A stretch of 64,000 nt of DNA, from contig JARIAN010000103.1 in the NCBI GenBank assembly GCA_029257865.1, positions 9,776 to 73,775 on the forward strand, written 5' to 3'. Within the stretch, counting starts at the first letter, position 1. Each line of letters opens with the position of its first letter. This DNA comes from Phocaeicola sp. Lineage in GTDB: Bacteria > Bacteroidota > Bacteroidia > Bacteroidales > Bacteroidaceae. Below the pieces are notes generated by a model. The model was given only the letters and a program-made list of their open reading frames with translations. It did not search any database and was not told the origin of the DNA. Positions 17,407 to 29,287 of the stretch are shown here, piece after piece. Both the position numbers and the translations under genes were made by a program.

Positions 17407-19690
17407 TCTACTTATTATATGTACCGTTATCGCACTTTCCATCTTGCCCGGATGCTCCACAACCAAACATCTTCCTGAAGGAGAAGTATTGTATAAAGGG
17501 GTAAAGAAATTTAATGTGGAGAATCAAGACTATGGGCTCAACGGTACAGAAGCCTATGAGGAAGTCGTAGGGGCTCTAAGCATGCCAACCAATAGTTGGT
17601 TCCCCTTTGGTTTGTGGGTATACAACCGCTTTGAACGATATGAGAAGGGATTTGGCAAATGGATTTTCAAAAAGTTTGCAGCAGACCCTGTACTTCTTTC
17701 TTCTGTCAACCCAGACACTCGTGTAAAGGTTGCAAGCAACTTACTACATGATTATGGCTACTTCAATGGAACAGTCAGTTATCAAGTGGATACATTAAAA
17801 AATCCTCGTAAAGCTAAACTGAATTATTTTATTGATATGGGAAAACCATATCTGATAGATACCCTAACCTATGAAGGTTTCTCTCCTAAAGTTGATAGCC
17901 TTATTCATAAATGGGAATATAAAAAGCTGATACATAGCGGTGATAATTTCAACGTGATACGTCTGAATGAAGAACGGCAGCGATTGATTGACCTGTTACG
18001 CGACCATGGATATTACTATGCTAGAAATGAATTTCTTACATTTCTGGCAGATACTATCATGCGCCCAGGTTATGTCTGTCTGAAAATTATCCCCAAAAGC
18101 AATATCCCTAAAGAAGCATTACGCACTTATTACCTAGGAAATACCTCCGTCCACCTTACTGGATATAAAGGAGAAGAACCGGTAGATTCTGTTACACATC
18201 AAGACTTCACCATCCATTATGCCGGAAAAAAACCGGGCATAAGATATAATGTATTAAGAAAACGCTTTATCTATATGAAGGGGGAAACTTATTCTCAGAC
18301 CCGACAAAACTATACACAAGAAGCCTTGGCACGACTGGGAGCTTTCAAGTACAGCGAGTTTCAATACACCCCACGCAGTAAAGATTCTGACACTCTGGAT
18401 ATCAGAGTAAACACCATGTTCGACCTTCCTTACAACAGCGAACTGGAACTGAACGTTACAACTAAAAGCACCAAGCAGACAGGACCGGGAGCTATCTTCA
18501 ACTTGTCAAGACGAAACTTCAGAGGCATGGGAGCTACCTTGAACCTTGAACTAAAAGGGTCGTATGAATGGCAAACCAGCTCAACTGTGGATGGAGAAAG
18601 TTCAGTAATGAACTCTTATGAAATGGGAGCCGCACTGTCACTGGAATTTCCTCGCTTGGTCATTCCGTGGGTGAAAGACCGTGTTGACCCATTCCGATAC
18701 CCCTCACAAACAAATTTCAAAATATATGTGGAACAAGTAAACCGTGCTAAATATTTCAAGATGCTTTCTTTCGGCGGAAATATATCCTACAGTTTTCAGC
18801 CTTCCAGAAGCATGAAACATACGGTAACTCCATTGCATTTGTCATTCGACCATTTACAGCATCACACTGCTGCATTCGACTCAATATCAACTGCCAATCC
18901 GATGCTATTCCGAAGTCTGAACGACCAGTTCATCCCTTCCATGACCTATACGCTTACTTATGACAATACATGGAAAAAAAAGACGACTAGGGTTTGGTGG
19001 GAAAACTCCATCACTTCGGCTGGAAATATTACATCGCTAATCTATTTGGCTTGCGGAAAAGGGCTGAAAGACAGGGATAAAAAGTTTATTGGAACTCCTT
19101 TTGCCCAGTTCTTGAAAGTCAATTCCGAAATACGTCCTCTTTTCTATTTAAGCGACAAGCAGCAAATCGCTCTCCGCTTTACAGGAGGAGTTATCTGGGC
19201 ATACGGCAACAGAACCATCGCTCCATATAGTGAACAGTTTTATGTAGGCGGTGCCAACAGTATCCGTGCATTTACTATCCGTTCTATCGGGCCGGGCCGT
19301 TTCCATCCGGCAAAGAATGTTTCTTATTCTTACATTGACGAAACAGGTGACATCAAACTAGAAGCGAATGCAGAGTATCGCTTCCGTATTCTTTCCAACT
19401 TCTTGGGAGGGAACCTGAATGGAGCGGTATTTATGGATGCAGGCAACGTATGGCTGATGAGAAAAGATGAAGCCCGTCCTGGAGCTGAATTTACATTCAA
19501 ACGGTTCTTTGACAGTGTAGCACTAGGTACCGGTATCGGTATCCGATATGACCTTTCGTTTTTGATTCTTCGTCTTGACTGGGGTATTGCATTGCATGTG
19601 CCTTATGATACCGGTAAAAGCGGATATTATAATATTCCAAGATTCAAGGATGGCTCAGGCCTGCACTTCGCTATCGGATACCCTTTCTAA
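17393..19690 (+). CDS. BamA/TamA-family outer membrane protein
   Basis: The start was placed at MKKNSLLIICTVIALSILPGCS (lipobox), 14 nt inside the tamB end. The C-terminal beta-barrel has YVGGANSIRAF and ends ...HFAIGYPF. Confidence 0.9.
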   Translation: MKKNSLLIICTVIALSILPGCSTTKHLPEGEVLYKGVKKFNVENQDYGLNGTEAYEEVVGALSMPTNSWFPFGLWVYNRFERYEKGFGKWIFKKFAADPVLLSSVNPDTRVKVASNLLHDYGYFNGTVSYQVDTLKNPRKAKLNYFIDMGKPYLIDTLTYEGFSPKVDSLIHKWEYKKLIHSGDNFNVIRLNEERQRLIDLLRDHGYYYARNEFLTFLADTIMRPGYVCLKIIPKSNIPKEALRTYYLGNTSVHLTGYKGEEPVDSVTHQDFTIHYAGKKPGIRYNVLRKRFIYMKGETYSQTRQNYTQEALARLGAFKYSEFQYTPRSKDSDTLDIRVNTMFDLPYNSELELNVTTKSTKQTGPGAIFNLSRRNFRGMGATLNLELKGSYEWQTSSTVDGESSVMNSYEMGAALSLEFPRLVIPWVKDRVDPFRYPSQTNFKIYVEQVNRAKYFKMLSFGGNISYSFQPSRSMKHTVTPLHLSFDHLQHHTAAFDSISTANPMLFRSLNDQFIPSMTYTLTYDNTWKKKTTRVWWENSITSAGNITSLIYLACGKGLKDRDKKFIGTPFAQFLKVNSEIRPLFYLSDKQQIALRFTGGVIWAYGNRTIAPYSEQFYVGGANSIRAFTIRSIGPGRFHPAKNVSYSYIDETGDIKLEANAEYRFRILSNFLGGNLNGAVFMDAGNVWLMRKDEARPGAEFTFKRFFDSVALGTGIGIRYDLSFLILRLDWGIALHVPYDTGKSGYYNIPRFKDGSGLHFAIGYPF

Positions 19691-19730
19691 ATATAGGAAT
19701 TTTCATTTTTAATATAAAATATACTGACTT

Positions 19731-22514
19731 ATGTCTGAAAACCAATATATATCCATCAAAGGAGCAAAAGTCAATAATCTGAAAAACATTGATGTAAACA
19801 TACCTAGAAACAAACTGGTAGTCATCACCGGACTTTCTGGCTCGGGCAAGTCTTCCCTGGCTTTCGATACACTTTATGCCGAAGGGCAAAGAAGATATGT
19901 AGAGAGTCTGTCCTCGTATGCCCGACAGTTTTTGGGACGTATGAGCAAACCGGAGTGTGATTTCATCAAAGGTATCCCTCCTGCCATTGCCATAGAACAA
20001 AAGGTAACCAGTAGAAACCCACGCTCTACAGTAGGAACTTCTACTGAAATCTATGAATATCTCCGACTACTATTCGCACGCATCGGCAAGACATATTCTC
20101 CCATAAGTGGCAATCTTGTGAAAAAGAATAACCTGGAAGACATCATCAACTGTATGCTTTCTTATCCTAAAGGCACTCGTTTTACCGTAATGGCTCCCTT
20201 ATTACCTCGATATGAACGAAGCAAAGAGGAACAAATTGAAATGGACCTGAAACAGGGGTTTACCCGACTGGAAGTCAATGGGGAAATCATCCGTATAGAA
20301 GATTATCAATACAATGAGAAAGATACCATCTATCTGTTGATAGACCGTATGACTTGTGATGATAGCAAATCAACTATCAGCCGCTTGAGCGACTCTGCAG
20401 AAACAGCTATGTATGAAGCAGATGGTGCTTGTATCTTGCGCTTTTATCCAGCCGAAGGAGAAAGCCTATTACATCAGTTCAGCACAAAGTTTGAAGCAGA
20501 CGGAATCTTGTTTGAGGAACCTACAGACCAAATGTTTGCATTCAACTCTCCAGCCGGTGCTTGTCCTACTTGCGAAGGTTTTGGGAAAATAATGGGAATA
20601 GATGAGCATCTGGTAGTGCCTAACCGCTCTTTAAGTGTATATGATGGAGCTGTAGTTTGCTGGCGAGGAGAGAAAATGGGAGAATGGCTTAAAGAGTTCC
20701 TGAAAGAAGCTCCAAGCCACGACTTCCCAATCTTTACTCCATATTATGAGTTGACCGACAAGCAGAAAGATTATCTTTGGCACGGCCCAAGAGAAAAGAC
20801 TTGTATCGACTCATTCTTCCGTATGCTTGAAGAGAACCAATACAAGATACAATATCGTGTAATGCTGTCGCGATACCGTGGGAAGACTATTTGCCCAGAT
20901 TGTAAGGGAAACCGCCTTAAAAAAGAAGCTCTCTATGTTAAAGTGGGTGGAAAACACATTGCAGAACTTATCAGCATGCCTGTAAGCCAGCTGCAAGACT
21001 TCTTCCATAATTTAAAACTCAGTGAACACGATGCTACCATTGCACATAACTTATTGCATGAAATCAACAGCCGACTGAAATTTCTAAGTGATGTAGGATT
21101 AGGATACCTTACTATGAACCGTGCCAGCAACACACTTTCAGGAGGAGAAAGCCAGCGAGTCAATTTGGCCACCTCATTAGGAAGTAATTTGGTCGGCTCA
21201 CTCTATATTCTGGATGAACCAAGTATCGGACTGCACAGCCGCGACACCGCCAATCTGATTAATGTTCTCAGACAGCTGCAACAGTTAGGAAATACGGTAG
21301 TGGTAGTAGAACATGATGAAGAAATCATCCGTGCAGCCGACTATATCATTGATATTGGTCCTGAAGCAGGCCGACATGGAGGTGAAATCGTTTATCAAGG
21401 AGCAATGGACAACCTTGCTCAGAACAGCAAAAGCCATACAGTAAAATACTTGTTGGGAGAAGAAACGATTCCTATTCCTCAATGGCGTAGACAATGGAAC
21501 AATTACATTGAGATTAAAGGGGCAAGAGAAAACAACTTAAAAGGTATCAACGTAAGAATCCCTCTGAATATCATGACTGTAATAACAGGAGTCAGCGGCT
21601 CTGGAAAAAGCACACTGATTCACGATATTTTCTATAAAGCCCTAAAACGGGAGTATAGTGAATCGCCAGACAGACCGGGAGAATATATTTCGCTAGGAGG
21701 GGATGTCAATGCAGTCAAGGATATCGAATTTATTGACCAAGGGACACCTGGGAAGTCAAGCAGAAGCAATCCGGTGACTTATCTCAAAGCTTACGATGAA
21801 ATCAGAAAGCTATTTGCCGAACAACCTCTAGCTAAACAGATGGGATACAACTCGGGCACATTCTCTTTCAATACCAGTGATGGTGGACGTTGTCCGGAAT
21901 GTAAGGGAGAGGGTACGGTAACTGTAGAAATGCAATTTATGGCCGACTTGGTGCTGGAGTGTGAAGAATGTCATGGTAAACGATTCACTGAAGAAACCTT
22001 GGAAGTGGAGTATGAGGGCAAGAACATTTATGATATTCTGGAAATGACTATCAATCAAGCTATCGACTTTTTTAAAGAGCACAACCTGCCTAAAATTGTA
22101 AAACGTTTATTGCCTTTGCAAGATGTTGGATTGGGCTACCTAAAATTGGGTCAATCATCTTCTACTCTTTCGGGAGGAGAAAACCAGCGTCTGAAACTGG
22201 CATACTATCTTGCTTCAGAGAAAAACGACCCCACTATCTTCGTTTTCGATGAACCTACTACAGGACTGCATTTCCACGATATAAAGGTGTTGCTCAAAGC
22301 ATTCAACTCTTTGCTTACCCGCGGACATACCTTGGTTATTATCGAACATAACATAGATGTAATCAAGGAAGCCGACTATATCATCGACCTCGGACCAGAA
22401 GGAGGAGAAAAAGGAGGAAATCTGGTAGCTTGTGGAACTCCGGAGGAAATAGCTTTATGCAAAGAATCCTACACCGGACAGTTCTTAGCAGAAAAACTAG
22501 CACAACATAAATAA
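19731..22514 (+). CDS. uvrA: excinuclease ABC subunit A (full-length, canonical)
   Basis: 927 aa. Contains [28 protein letters not shown], two ABC modules, Zn-finger CxxC pairs, and the ~150-aa UvrB-binding insert after LLFARIGK. Confidence 0.97.
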   Translation: MSENQYISIKGAKVNNLKNIDVNIPRNKLVVITGLSGSGKSSLAFDTLYAEGQRRYVESLSSYARQFLGRMSKPECDFIKGIPPAIAIEQKVTSRNPRSTVGTSTEIYEYLRLLFARIGKTYSPISGNLVKKNNLEDIINCMLSYPKGTRFTVMAPLLPRYERSKEEQIEMDLKQGFTRLEVNGEIIRIEDYQYNEKDTIYLLIDRMTCDDSKSTISRLSDSAETAMYEADGACILRFYPAEGESLLHQFSTKFEADGILFEEPTDQMFAFNSPAGACPTCEGFGKIMGIDEHLVVPNRSLSVYDGAVVCWRGEKMGEWLKEFLKEAPSHDFPIFTPYYELTDKQKDYLWHGPREKTCIDSFFRMLEENQYKIQYRVMLSRYRGKTICPDCKGNRLKKEALYVKVGGKHIAELISMPVSQLQDFFHNLKLSEHDATIAHNLLHEINSRLKFLSDVGLGYLTMNRASNTLSGGESQRVNLATSLGSNLVGSLYILDEPSIGLHSRDTANLINVLRQLQQLGNTVVVVEHDEEIIRAADYIIDIGPEAGRHGGEIVYQGAMDNLAQNSKSHTVKYLLGEETIPIPQWRRQWNNYIEIKGARENNLKGINVRIPLNIMTVITGVSGSGKSTLIHDIFYKALKREYSESPDRPGEYISLGGDVNAVKDIEFIDQGTPGKSSRSNPVTYLKAYDEIRKLFAEQPLAKQMGYNSGTFSFNTSDGGRCPECKGEGTVTVEMQFMADLVLECEECHGKRFTEETLEVEYEGKNIYDILEMTINQAIDFFKEHNLPKIVKRLLPLQDVGLGYLKLGQSSSTLSGGENQRLKLAYYLASEKNDPTIFVFDEPTTGLHFHDIKVLLKAFNSLLTRGHTLVIIEHNIDVIKEADYIIDLGPEGGEKGGNLVACGTPEEIALCKESYTGQFLAEKLAQHK

Positions 22515-22519
22515 AAAAC

Positions 22520-22556
22520 ATCGGAATTGAGTGTTGAAAAAACACTCAATTCCGAT
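22520..22556. terminator. bidirectional terminator between convergent uvrA and the His-rich gene
   Basis: ATCGGAATTGAGTGTT-GAAAA-AACACTCAATTCCGAT forms a perfect 16-bp stem. Confidence 0.8.
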
Positions 22557-22599
22557 AATGAATAGACACACATAGAAAAATAAAATAAACTAATTCCTA

Positions 22600-23466
22600 T
22601 TACAACTCATTGGATATCCTGTTTCTGGTATATTTAATCAAGTCATTACGTCGACTGGAACTTTCAGTGGAACGACGAGTAGAAGAACGGTCAGACCGCG
22701 ACGGGCGAATCTTTGAACGCATCAACTCTCTTCTGTCATACGAACGGGAATACTCTTTATTAGAACGACGCACCCTTGGTTCCGGACGAACAGATGGATA
22801 AGAAGGATGATGATGATGCCCGCCATGATGATGGTCTATATGATGATGTCCCGCATGATGAGATTCCGAATAATGCGGATGCTTATGACCATGATGATGA
22901 TGATGGTGGTGTGAAGGACGGCAATAATAATCACCATGATACACTGCATGATGATACCGCTTGCCATAATAATGCTTATGATAATAGCTCACTCCACCAC
23001 AATGCGGACGACTATGCGCCCCACAATAAGTATAATAATGTACCGGACGGCCATAATGGAAGTGACCGTGGTTCGAATAGACCTTATATATCCGCAAATA
23101 ACAAACATCATTTACAGCATATACCGGATGGTAGAAATGCTCTATAGTCATGAAACGAGCATATATCGGACTAGACATAATCCACCTCAAATCATCATTG
23201 CGTTCGTTCAGATAATAATAATAAGCATCTATTGCAGCCGGGTCACGACGTGCCAGCCCAGGTATATAACGATTGATTCCATTCAGAAAATCATAATTTA
23301 TTTCAAACAAGTCATCATACTGATTCCTATTCAGATTCAATTCCAATGCCATACGGTCGGTAAGAAAACGTGCATTGACTCTTACATCCCCTAATCCAGA
23401 AGCTTGGGCAGTGATTGCTCCCCAAAAACTTACCAGCCCTATCAACAAATATTTGATTCCTTTCAT
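22600..23466 (-). CDS. secreted His/Tyr-rich protein with Arg/Ser-rich C-terminal tail
   Basis: The start was placed at MKGIKYLLIGLVSFWGAITAQA (signal peptide). The middle region reads HHHHHHHGHKHPHYSESHHAGHHHIDHHHGGHHHH and also has many Y and C residues. The tail reads RRSNKEYSRSYDRRELMRSKIRPSRSDRSSTRRSTESSSRR. Confidence 0.7.
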   Translation of the reverse strand: MKGIKYLLIGLVSFWGAITAQASGLGDVRVNARFLTDRMALELNLNRNQYDDLFEINYDFLNGINRYIPGLARRDPAAIDAYYYYLNERNDDLRWIMSSPIYARFMTIEHFYHPVYAVNDVCYLRIYKVYSNHGHFHYGRPVHYYTYCGAHSRPHCGGVSYYHKHYYGKRYHHAVYHGDYYCRPSHHHHHHHGHKHPHYSESHHAGHHHIDHHHGGHHHHPSYPSVRPEPRVRRSNKEYSRSYDRRELMRSKIRPSRSDRSSTRRSTESSSRRNDLIKYTRNRISNEL

Positions 23467-23499
23467 AATCGTAGCTCTTTTATTGTTACGATACAAAAA

Positions 23500-23556
23500 T
23501 AGGAGGATAAAAATCCTCCTACAACAGAATCTCCCCATAATAGAATAGGGAGATTC
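23500..23556 (-). terminator. two consecutive hairpins downstream of the S1-domain gene
   Basis: The first hairpin is GAATCTCCCT...GGGGAGATTC (23527-23556). The second is TAGGAGGAT-TTTT-ATCCTCCTA (23500-23521), followed by TTTTTG. Confidence 0.6.
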
Positions 23557-23575
23557 CTATTTCAGATAGGGAAAA

Positions 23576-24421
23576 CTACTTTTCCTCAGTCAAGCGGATA
23601 TCTTGAGGGGTAAGTTGTATCAGATGTTTCTTATACAAATCCCCGACCGCCTTTTTGAATGTTTTCTTACTTACATGGAATGTATCGTAAATCAATTCAG
23701 CATCAGATTTATCTGTAAAAGGGATACAACCTTCGTGGTCCTTAATGTATTGCAGCAATATGCCCGAAAAGTCATCTACTTTTCCCAATCCACGCCGCTG
23801 AAGTTCCAAATCAATTTTTCCATCTTCACGCACATGTTTCACATAAGCCCTGTAATGCATACCTAGCTCTATCTGCGCAAAGATTTCATTGTGGAATATC
23901 ATTCCGTTAAAACGATTGTCAACAATTACTTTATATCCCAAGTCGGTACGCTGCCAAACCAATGCATCCACTTCATCTCCACAACGATAAACCGGCTTTT
24001 CTTTAGAAAGATAACGTTCCACTTTTGCAGATGCTACAATACGGTAGCTCTCATCATCCAAATGTACGTGTACCATATATCTACCCCCTTGCTGCATTTT
24101 AGCCTTCTGCTCACGGAAAGGAACGAAGAGATCTTTCATCAAACCCCAGTTGAGGAATGCTCCATACTCATTAACCCACGCCACTTCCAAGCAGGCAAAC
24201 TCTCCTACTTGAACATAAGGCTGAAGTGTTGTGGCCACCAGTCTTTCATCCATATCCAAATAGATAAATACATTTAGCATATCGCCCGGCTTGCAATCTT
24301 CAGGTACATAACGCTTGGGCAACAAGATTTCACCATCTTCATCTCCGTCTAGATAGAGTCCGAAGTCAACTTCTTTCACGACTTCCAATCTATTATACTT
24401 TCCTAATTTAATATGACTCAT
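23576..24421 (-). CDS. S1 RNA-binding domain protein (CvfB/YitL family)
   Basis: Begins LGKYNRLEVVKEVDFGLYLDG. It has repeated S1-like modules and a C-terminal winged-helix-like end. Confidence 0.85.
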   Translation of the reverse strand: MSHIKLGKYNRLEVVKEVDFGLYLDGDEDGEILLPKRYVPEDCKPGDMLNVFIYLDMDERLVATTLQPYVQVGEFACLEVAWVNEYGAFLNWGLMKDLFVPFREQKAKMQQGGRYMVHVHLDDESYRIVASAKVERYLSKEKPVYRCGDEVDALVWQRTDLGYKVIVDNRFNGMIFHNEIFAQIELGMHYRAYVKHVREDGKIDLELQRRGLGKVDDFSGILLQYIKDHEGCIPFTDKSDAELIYDTFHVSKKTFKKAVGDLYKKHLIQLTPQDIRLTEEK

Positions 24422-24564
24422 AATTATATTAACTTTGCAGTAAAGATAAGAAGTTTTTTTTATTTTTTACCTTACCTTATCAGTAAATCGTTGCTTTAGG
24501 CTAGATTACCGATAAGATAGACTTTATAATCATAATTTATATCATTTAATCAAAAACAATCATC

Positions 24565-25428
24565 ATGAAAAAACAATTATCAATGTTAGCAGCCGGAATG
24601 ATGGCTTTAGCTGCTACTTCTTGCGTATCAGAACCTCAGACCGCCAACATTACCTGGGGCACATTCAACATCCGATACGACAACCCTGCTGACAGTCTCA
24701 ACAATTGGAAATACCGCAAAGACTCTGTGTCACACTTCATCTTATCGCAAGATATAGACATTATTGGACTGCAGGAGGTTTTGCATAACCAACTGAAAGA
24801 CCTAAAAGACCGCCTACCAGAATATGCTGAAGTAGGAGTAGGACGTGAAGACGGAAAGACCCAAGGAGAATATGCTCCACTCTTCTATAAAAAGGACCGA
24901 TTTGAAGTGATGGACAGCAACACATTTTGGTTATCACAATACCCAGACAGTGTAGGGTTCATTGGATGGGACGGTGCCTGTACACGAATCGCTACTTGGG
25001 CCAAGCTAAAAGACAAACAAAGCGGAAAAATCTTTATGGCTATCAATACTCACTTTGACCATGTAGGTACCGAAGCACGTAAGAAAGGAGCTCTACTCAT
25101 CATTGAAAAGATTAAAGAAATTGTAGGAAATAATCCGGCAGTACTCACTGGCGACTTCAACGTAAGTGAAATGTCAGAGGCCTATCAAACCATTACAACC
25201 AATGATTTTATGCTGAAAGATGCCCATAAGGAAGCCGAAAACCGCTCCGGCTCCAACTATACCTTCCACGATTTTGGTAGAATCTCACCTGAACTTTGTG
25301 AAAAGATTGACTTCGTGTTTGTCACTCCACAGATAAAGGTAAAGAGTAGCTTCATACCTAAAGAAGGTCCACGTGAAGGCAAGCAGATGTCCGACCATAA
25401 TCCAGAAGTTGTAAAGCTATCTTTCTGA
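24565..25428 (+). CDS. endonuclease/exonuclease/phosphatase family lipoprotein
   Basis: Lipobox AATSC, followed by WGTFNIRY, GLQEV and a terminal SDHNP motif, all typical of the EEP fold. Confidence 0.85.
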   Translation: MKKQLSMLAAGMMALAATSCVSEPQTANITWGTFNIRYDNPADSLNNWKYRKDSVSHFILSQDIDIIGLQEVLHNQLKDLKDRLPEYAEVGVGREDGKTQGEYAPLFYKKDRFEVMDSNTFWLSQYPDSVGFIGWDGACTRIATWAKLKDKQSGKIFMAINTHFDHVGTEARKKGALLIIEKIKEIVGNNPAVLTGDFNVSEMSEAYQTITTNDFMLKDAHKEAENRSGSNYTFHDFGRISPELCEKIDFVFVTPQIKVKSSFIPKEGPREGKQMSDHNPEVVKLSF

Positions 25429-25556
25429 ATTGAATAAATAAAACGATGAGTTCCCCTCATCACACAGCCTGTTTACCAGCTATGAAATCAGGGGAACCCA
25501 TCGTTCACTTTATATTATGTAGCCTGATATACCAAGTGATTACAGACAAGAATCCG

Positions 25557-26237
25557 CTAAATTTGAACTACAGGCTCGGCTGTATCTATATGGATACAAC
25601 CATCTAGCATATGAATCGTGCGGTCTGTCTGCAAAGCCAATCCCTCATCGTGTGTGACAATCACAAATGTCTGCCCCAACCTATCCCTCAAATCGAAAAA
25701 CAACTTATGCAGCTCAGCCTTGTTCATCGTATCCAAGCTACCCGAAGGCTCATCCGCTAGAATGACCGAAGGATGATTAATCAATGCCCTCGCCACTGCC
25801 ACACGCTGCTTCTCTCCGCCTGATAGTTGAGCAGGCTTATGCAAAGCCCGTGCCGACAATCCCATAAAATCAAGCATTTCGAGTGCATTCTTCTTGGCTC
25901 TTCCCGACGGCTCATGATGGATAAGAGCCGGAATCATCACATTTTCCAAAGCAGTAAACTCTGGAAGTAACTGATGAAACTGGAAGACAAAGCCGATTTC
26001 ACGGTTACGGAACATCGCCAAGTCTTTTTCTCCAAGTCCGCCCACCTCCGTATCATTGATAAAGATTTTGCCGGCATCAGGCTTATCCAATGTACCCATT
26101 ATCTGAAGCAAGGTCGTTTTCCCTGCACCACTAGGTCCTACAATACTGACAATCTCTCCTTTTCCAATTTCCAGGTCAATACCCTTCAGCACCTGAAGCT
26201 GTCCAAAACTCTTGGTTATACCTTCTAATCGTATCAT
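25557..26237 (-). CDS. ABC transporter ATP-binding protein (LolD/MacB-type)
   Basis: Walker [10 protein letters not shown], signature [15 protein letters not shown] and Walker [12 protein letters not shown]. Confidence 0.85.
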   Translation of the reverse strand: MIRLEGITKSFGQLQVLKGIDLEIGKGEIVSIVGPSGAGKTTLLQIMGTLDKPDAGKIFINDTEVGGLGEKDLAMFRNREIGFVFQFHQLLPEFTALENVMIPALIHHEPSGRAKKNALEMLDFMGLSARALHKPAQLSGGEKQRVAVARALINHPSVILADEPSGSLDTMNKAELHKLFFDLRDRLGQTFVIVTHDEGLALQTDRTIHMLDGCIHIDTAEPVVQI

Positions 26238-26241
26238 AGCA

Positions 26242-26958
26242 TTACAACTTACGAATTACATACTCAGCCAGATAGCAGCCAAACACCGCAGGCATATAAC
26301 TGACCGTCCCTGCCGTTGACTTCTTATTCTGTTCATCGTCTACCAAGATTACCGCATTCGGATTAGCTTGTTCGGTACTGAACACTACCGGCAGTTTCCG
26401 TTTCATTCCCATTTTCTGCAGCCGCTTACGTACCGCTTTACTCAATCCACAATGGTAAGTGTCCCACAAATCGGAAAATTTGATTTGCGTAATATCACTC
26501 TTAGCACCAGCCCCCATACTGCTCACAATCTTCAGATGACGTTGCAGAGCATGATAAATAAGATAACATTTAGGAGCCACTGTATCAATTGCATCTACCA
26601 CAAAGTCGAACTGAGCACTATCCAGCAATTCCGGGATAGCCTCATCTTTCAGATAAACAGGAAGCACAGTCAATTGAAGTTCCGGATTGATGTCCCGGAA
26701 ACGCTCGGCCAACACTTCCGCCTTGGGCTTGCCGATTACAGAATGAGTGGCAGGAAGCTGACGGTTGATATTACTTGGCTGTACCGTATCGGCATCCACA
26801 ATTGTCATCCGCCCCACTCCGGCTCTGCAAATCATTTCTGCGGCATAAGCACCTACACCGCCCAATCCAACTACCAAGACATGCGCCTTACGTAACCTTT
26901 CCATCTTATCTGTTCCCAACAGCAGTTCTGTACGCTGCTGCCATGAATTGTCTCTCAT
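26242..26958 (-). CDS. tcdA: tRNA threonylcarbamoyladenosine dehydratase (ThiF/E1-like)
   Basis: Contains [41 protein letters not shown]. Confidence 0.9.
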   Translation of the reverse strand: MRDNSWQQRTELLLGTDKMERLRKAHVLVVGLGGVGAYAAEMICRAGVGRMTIVDADTVQPSNINRQLPATHSVIGKPKAEVLAERFRDINPELQLTVLPVYLKDEAIPELLDSAQFDFVVDAIDTVAPKCYLIYHALQRHLKIVSSMGAGAKSDITQIKFSDLWDTYHCGLSKAVRKRLQKMGMKRKLPVVFSTEQANPNAVILVDDEQNKKSTAGTVSYMPAVFGCYLAEYVIRKL

Positions 26959-26960
26959 TT

Positions 26961-29105
26961 TTATGAATTTTTCTTAAACCACTTATAGAACCAGTTACCC
27001 ACCTTATCATAATACTGAGTCTCCGCCCATCCACGCGGGTCAGAAAATGAAAGCATATCATTAGGGTCTCCCTTCTGTCCAGGATAAAGCAACATGATAC
27101 TATTGTTATTAAAATATTTCGATACCTGCATCGGCAAGCGCTCAAACGAAGAATCGTAAGAGATAGAACCTCTACGTGCGCTGACAATCACCAACAGATG
27201 ATCATAATTCACTTGTCCGGTAAGAATCAGCAAGTCATCCCAATCTTCCAGTTCCGAATAAGCTGTACGAGTATCTTTATGTTTTTTGGCAATATATCCC
27301 CTAATATATCCCAATGTTTGAGGATGCGCATAAAAATGAACCCTACATCCCAGCTGACTGCTCATTCTGCATAAATGTGTAATCCATTTAGTAAATCCAT
27401 GTTCAAACTCCGCCTTTGGAGGAACTGCCACAATAATTCTACGCAATGTATTTACCGGAATGAGGAAACGAGCCACCATAACTTGCAAATGAGTATTCTT
27501 CAGCAAATTCTCTGTCAAGTTTCCAAAAAATGAATCCACAATACTCATCTTATAATGTAAACCGATAATGATATTAGTAGCATCATATTCCTTTGCTGTA
27601 TGCAAAATACCAGTCGTGATATTCAAGTCGAAGCGTGTAACAGTCTTAAGTCCTACATTAGTAGCCGCTGTAATTTGCGCCGCACGTTCCAAGTTTCTCT
27701 TGCCGCGCATCTCCAGCCGATCTGAGTCTGCACTATCATTAATGACACTCAGAGCCACTAGATTATCCGACAGTTTCTCATCACGTACCACCAAAGCCAG
27801 GTTCATCAAATTATCCAATGTTTCCGGGTTGGCAACAGGAATCAAGAATTTCTCCTTTTCCTGCGACTTTTCATCCTCTACCGGAGTATCATCCATAGCT
27901 ATTCGCTTGGCTGCATGCTCCGTGATAAAAGAGCTGACCACGCAAGTCACCAATATCAACAAGATGGTTCCGTTTAGCACATCCTCATTCAGAAGACGTT
28001 CTCCATCGGGCAAAATGATATTATATCCTACCAGCACCGCAGCTAGAGTAGCGGCAGCCTGTGCGTTACTCAACCCAAACATCAGTTCACGCTCTACTGC
28101 ACGCATCTTGTAGAGTTTCTGTGTTGCCCATGAAGCAATCCATTTTCCTAAAAGAGCAACAACAATCATAACAGAAGCCACCTTCAAAGAATTGACATGC
28201 CCCAGCAATACATTGACATTAATCAACATACCTACTCCAATCAGGAAATAAGGAATAAACAAAGCATTACCCACAAACTCCAGATGACTCATCAAAGGGG
28301 ACACATGAGGGATAAGGCGGTTTAATACCAATCCTGCCAAGAAGGCTCCCAAAATGCCCTCCATCCCTACAAACTCCATCAGCCCGGCTCCCAGGAAAAC
28401 CATTGCCATCACAAAAATATATTGCACTACGTGGTCACTATAACGACGGAAGAACCAGCGGCCTATCCGAGGGAAGAAGAACACAATCAACAAGCTCAAC
28501 ACAAGCACCTTCAGCACCAGCCAAATCCAAAACATCTCGGAGGTCTCGCCCTTATACATACCACCGATAACCGCCAACACCAACAAAGTCAAGGTATCGG
28601 TTACAGCCGTACCACCCACAGCTATACTTACCGCACGCTGCCGGTTGATGCCGTAACGTATCACAATAGGATATGCTATCAATGTATGCGAAGCGTACAT
28701 ACTGGCCAACAGCACCGAAGTAATCAAACCATAGCCCAGCAAGTTGATGTTTGTCCATACACCAATACCCAGCGGAAAGATGAAAGCCAAGAGTCCCAGC
28801 ACCGTAGCTTTTCCTCGAATACTCTTGAAATCCTCCATATTCATCTCCAAACCAGCCAAAAACATAATATAATACAACCCTACCTTTCCGAAAAGTTCGA
28901 AACTGCTGTCGCGTGCCAAAATATTAAATCCATGCTCGCCCACAATCACGCCGGCCAAAATCATCCCGATGATGTGCGGAATGCGCAACCGCTCCAGCAA
29001 AATAGGAGCAAACAGAATGATAACCAGCACCAAAAAGAAAATCCACGTAGGATCCGTTATCGGAAAATGAATATCAAAGTTGAATAAAGAAAGCAGCTCT
29101 TCCAT
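26961..29105 (-). CDS. cation:proton antiporter (CPA2) with C-terminal cytoplasmic domain
   Basis: An N-terminal multi-TM Na/H-exchanger-type domain (RIPHIIGMILAGVIVG) is followed by a ~300-aa soluble tail. Confidence 0.9.
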   Translation of the reverse strand: MEELLSLFNFDIHFPITDPTWIFFLVLVIILFAPILLERLRIPHIIGMILAGVIVGEHGFNILARDSSFELFGKVGLYYIMFLAGLEMNMEDFKSIRGKATVLGLLAFIFPLGIGVWTNINLLGYGLITSVLLASMYASHTLIAYPIVIRYGINRQRAVSIAVGGTAVTDTLTLLVLAVIGGMYKGETSEMFWIWLVLKVLVLSLLIVFFFPRIGRWFFRRYSDHVVQYIFVMAMVFLGAGLMEFVGMEGILGAFLAGLVLNRLIPHVSPLMSHLEFVGNALFIPYFLIGVGMLINVNVLLGHVNSLKVASVMIVVALLGKWIASWATQKLYKMRAVERELMFGLSNAQAAATLAAVLVGYNIILPDGERLLNEDVLNGTILLILVTCVVSSFITEHAAKRIAMDDTPVEDEKSQEKEKFLIPVANPETLDNLMNLALVVRDEKLSDNLVALSVINDSADSDRLEMRGKRNLERAAQITAATNVGLKTVTRFDLNITTGILHTAKEYDATNIIIGLHYKMSIVDSFFGNLTENLLKNTHLQVMVARFLIPVNTLRRIIVAVPPKAEFEHGFTKWITHLCRMSSQLGCRVHFYAHPQTLGYIRGYIAKKHKDTRTAYSELEDWDDLLILTGQVNYDHLLVIVSARRGSISYDSSFERLPMQVSKYFNNNSIMLLYPGQKGDPNDMLSFSDPRGWAETQYYDKVGNWFYKWFKKNS

Positions 29106-29287
29106 AAGAATGTTTTACTTTTTTAGAATTTATGAACAAAAATACAAAAAACCATCCTATTTTCATCATTCATTCAGCAAAATGTTTTAATTTTGCAACT
29201 AATGGTATATTATTACAATACTTAAAGAAATATATCAGACCGAAATTAGATACATTTAGTTATTCACATTAAACAAGAACGCAAAAA

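Noticed and set aside
22610-23394. Plus-strand ORFs (63, 123 and 152 aa) rich in Asp, His and Ile opposite the His-rich gene.
   Set aside because: They are mirror images of the CAT/CAC-rich coding strand. The minus-strand ORF has a signal peptide and a coherent domain layout, and these do not.
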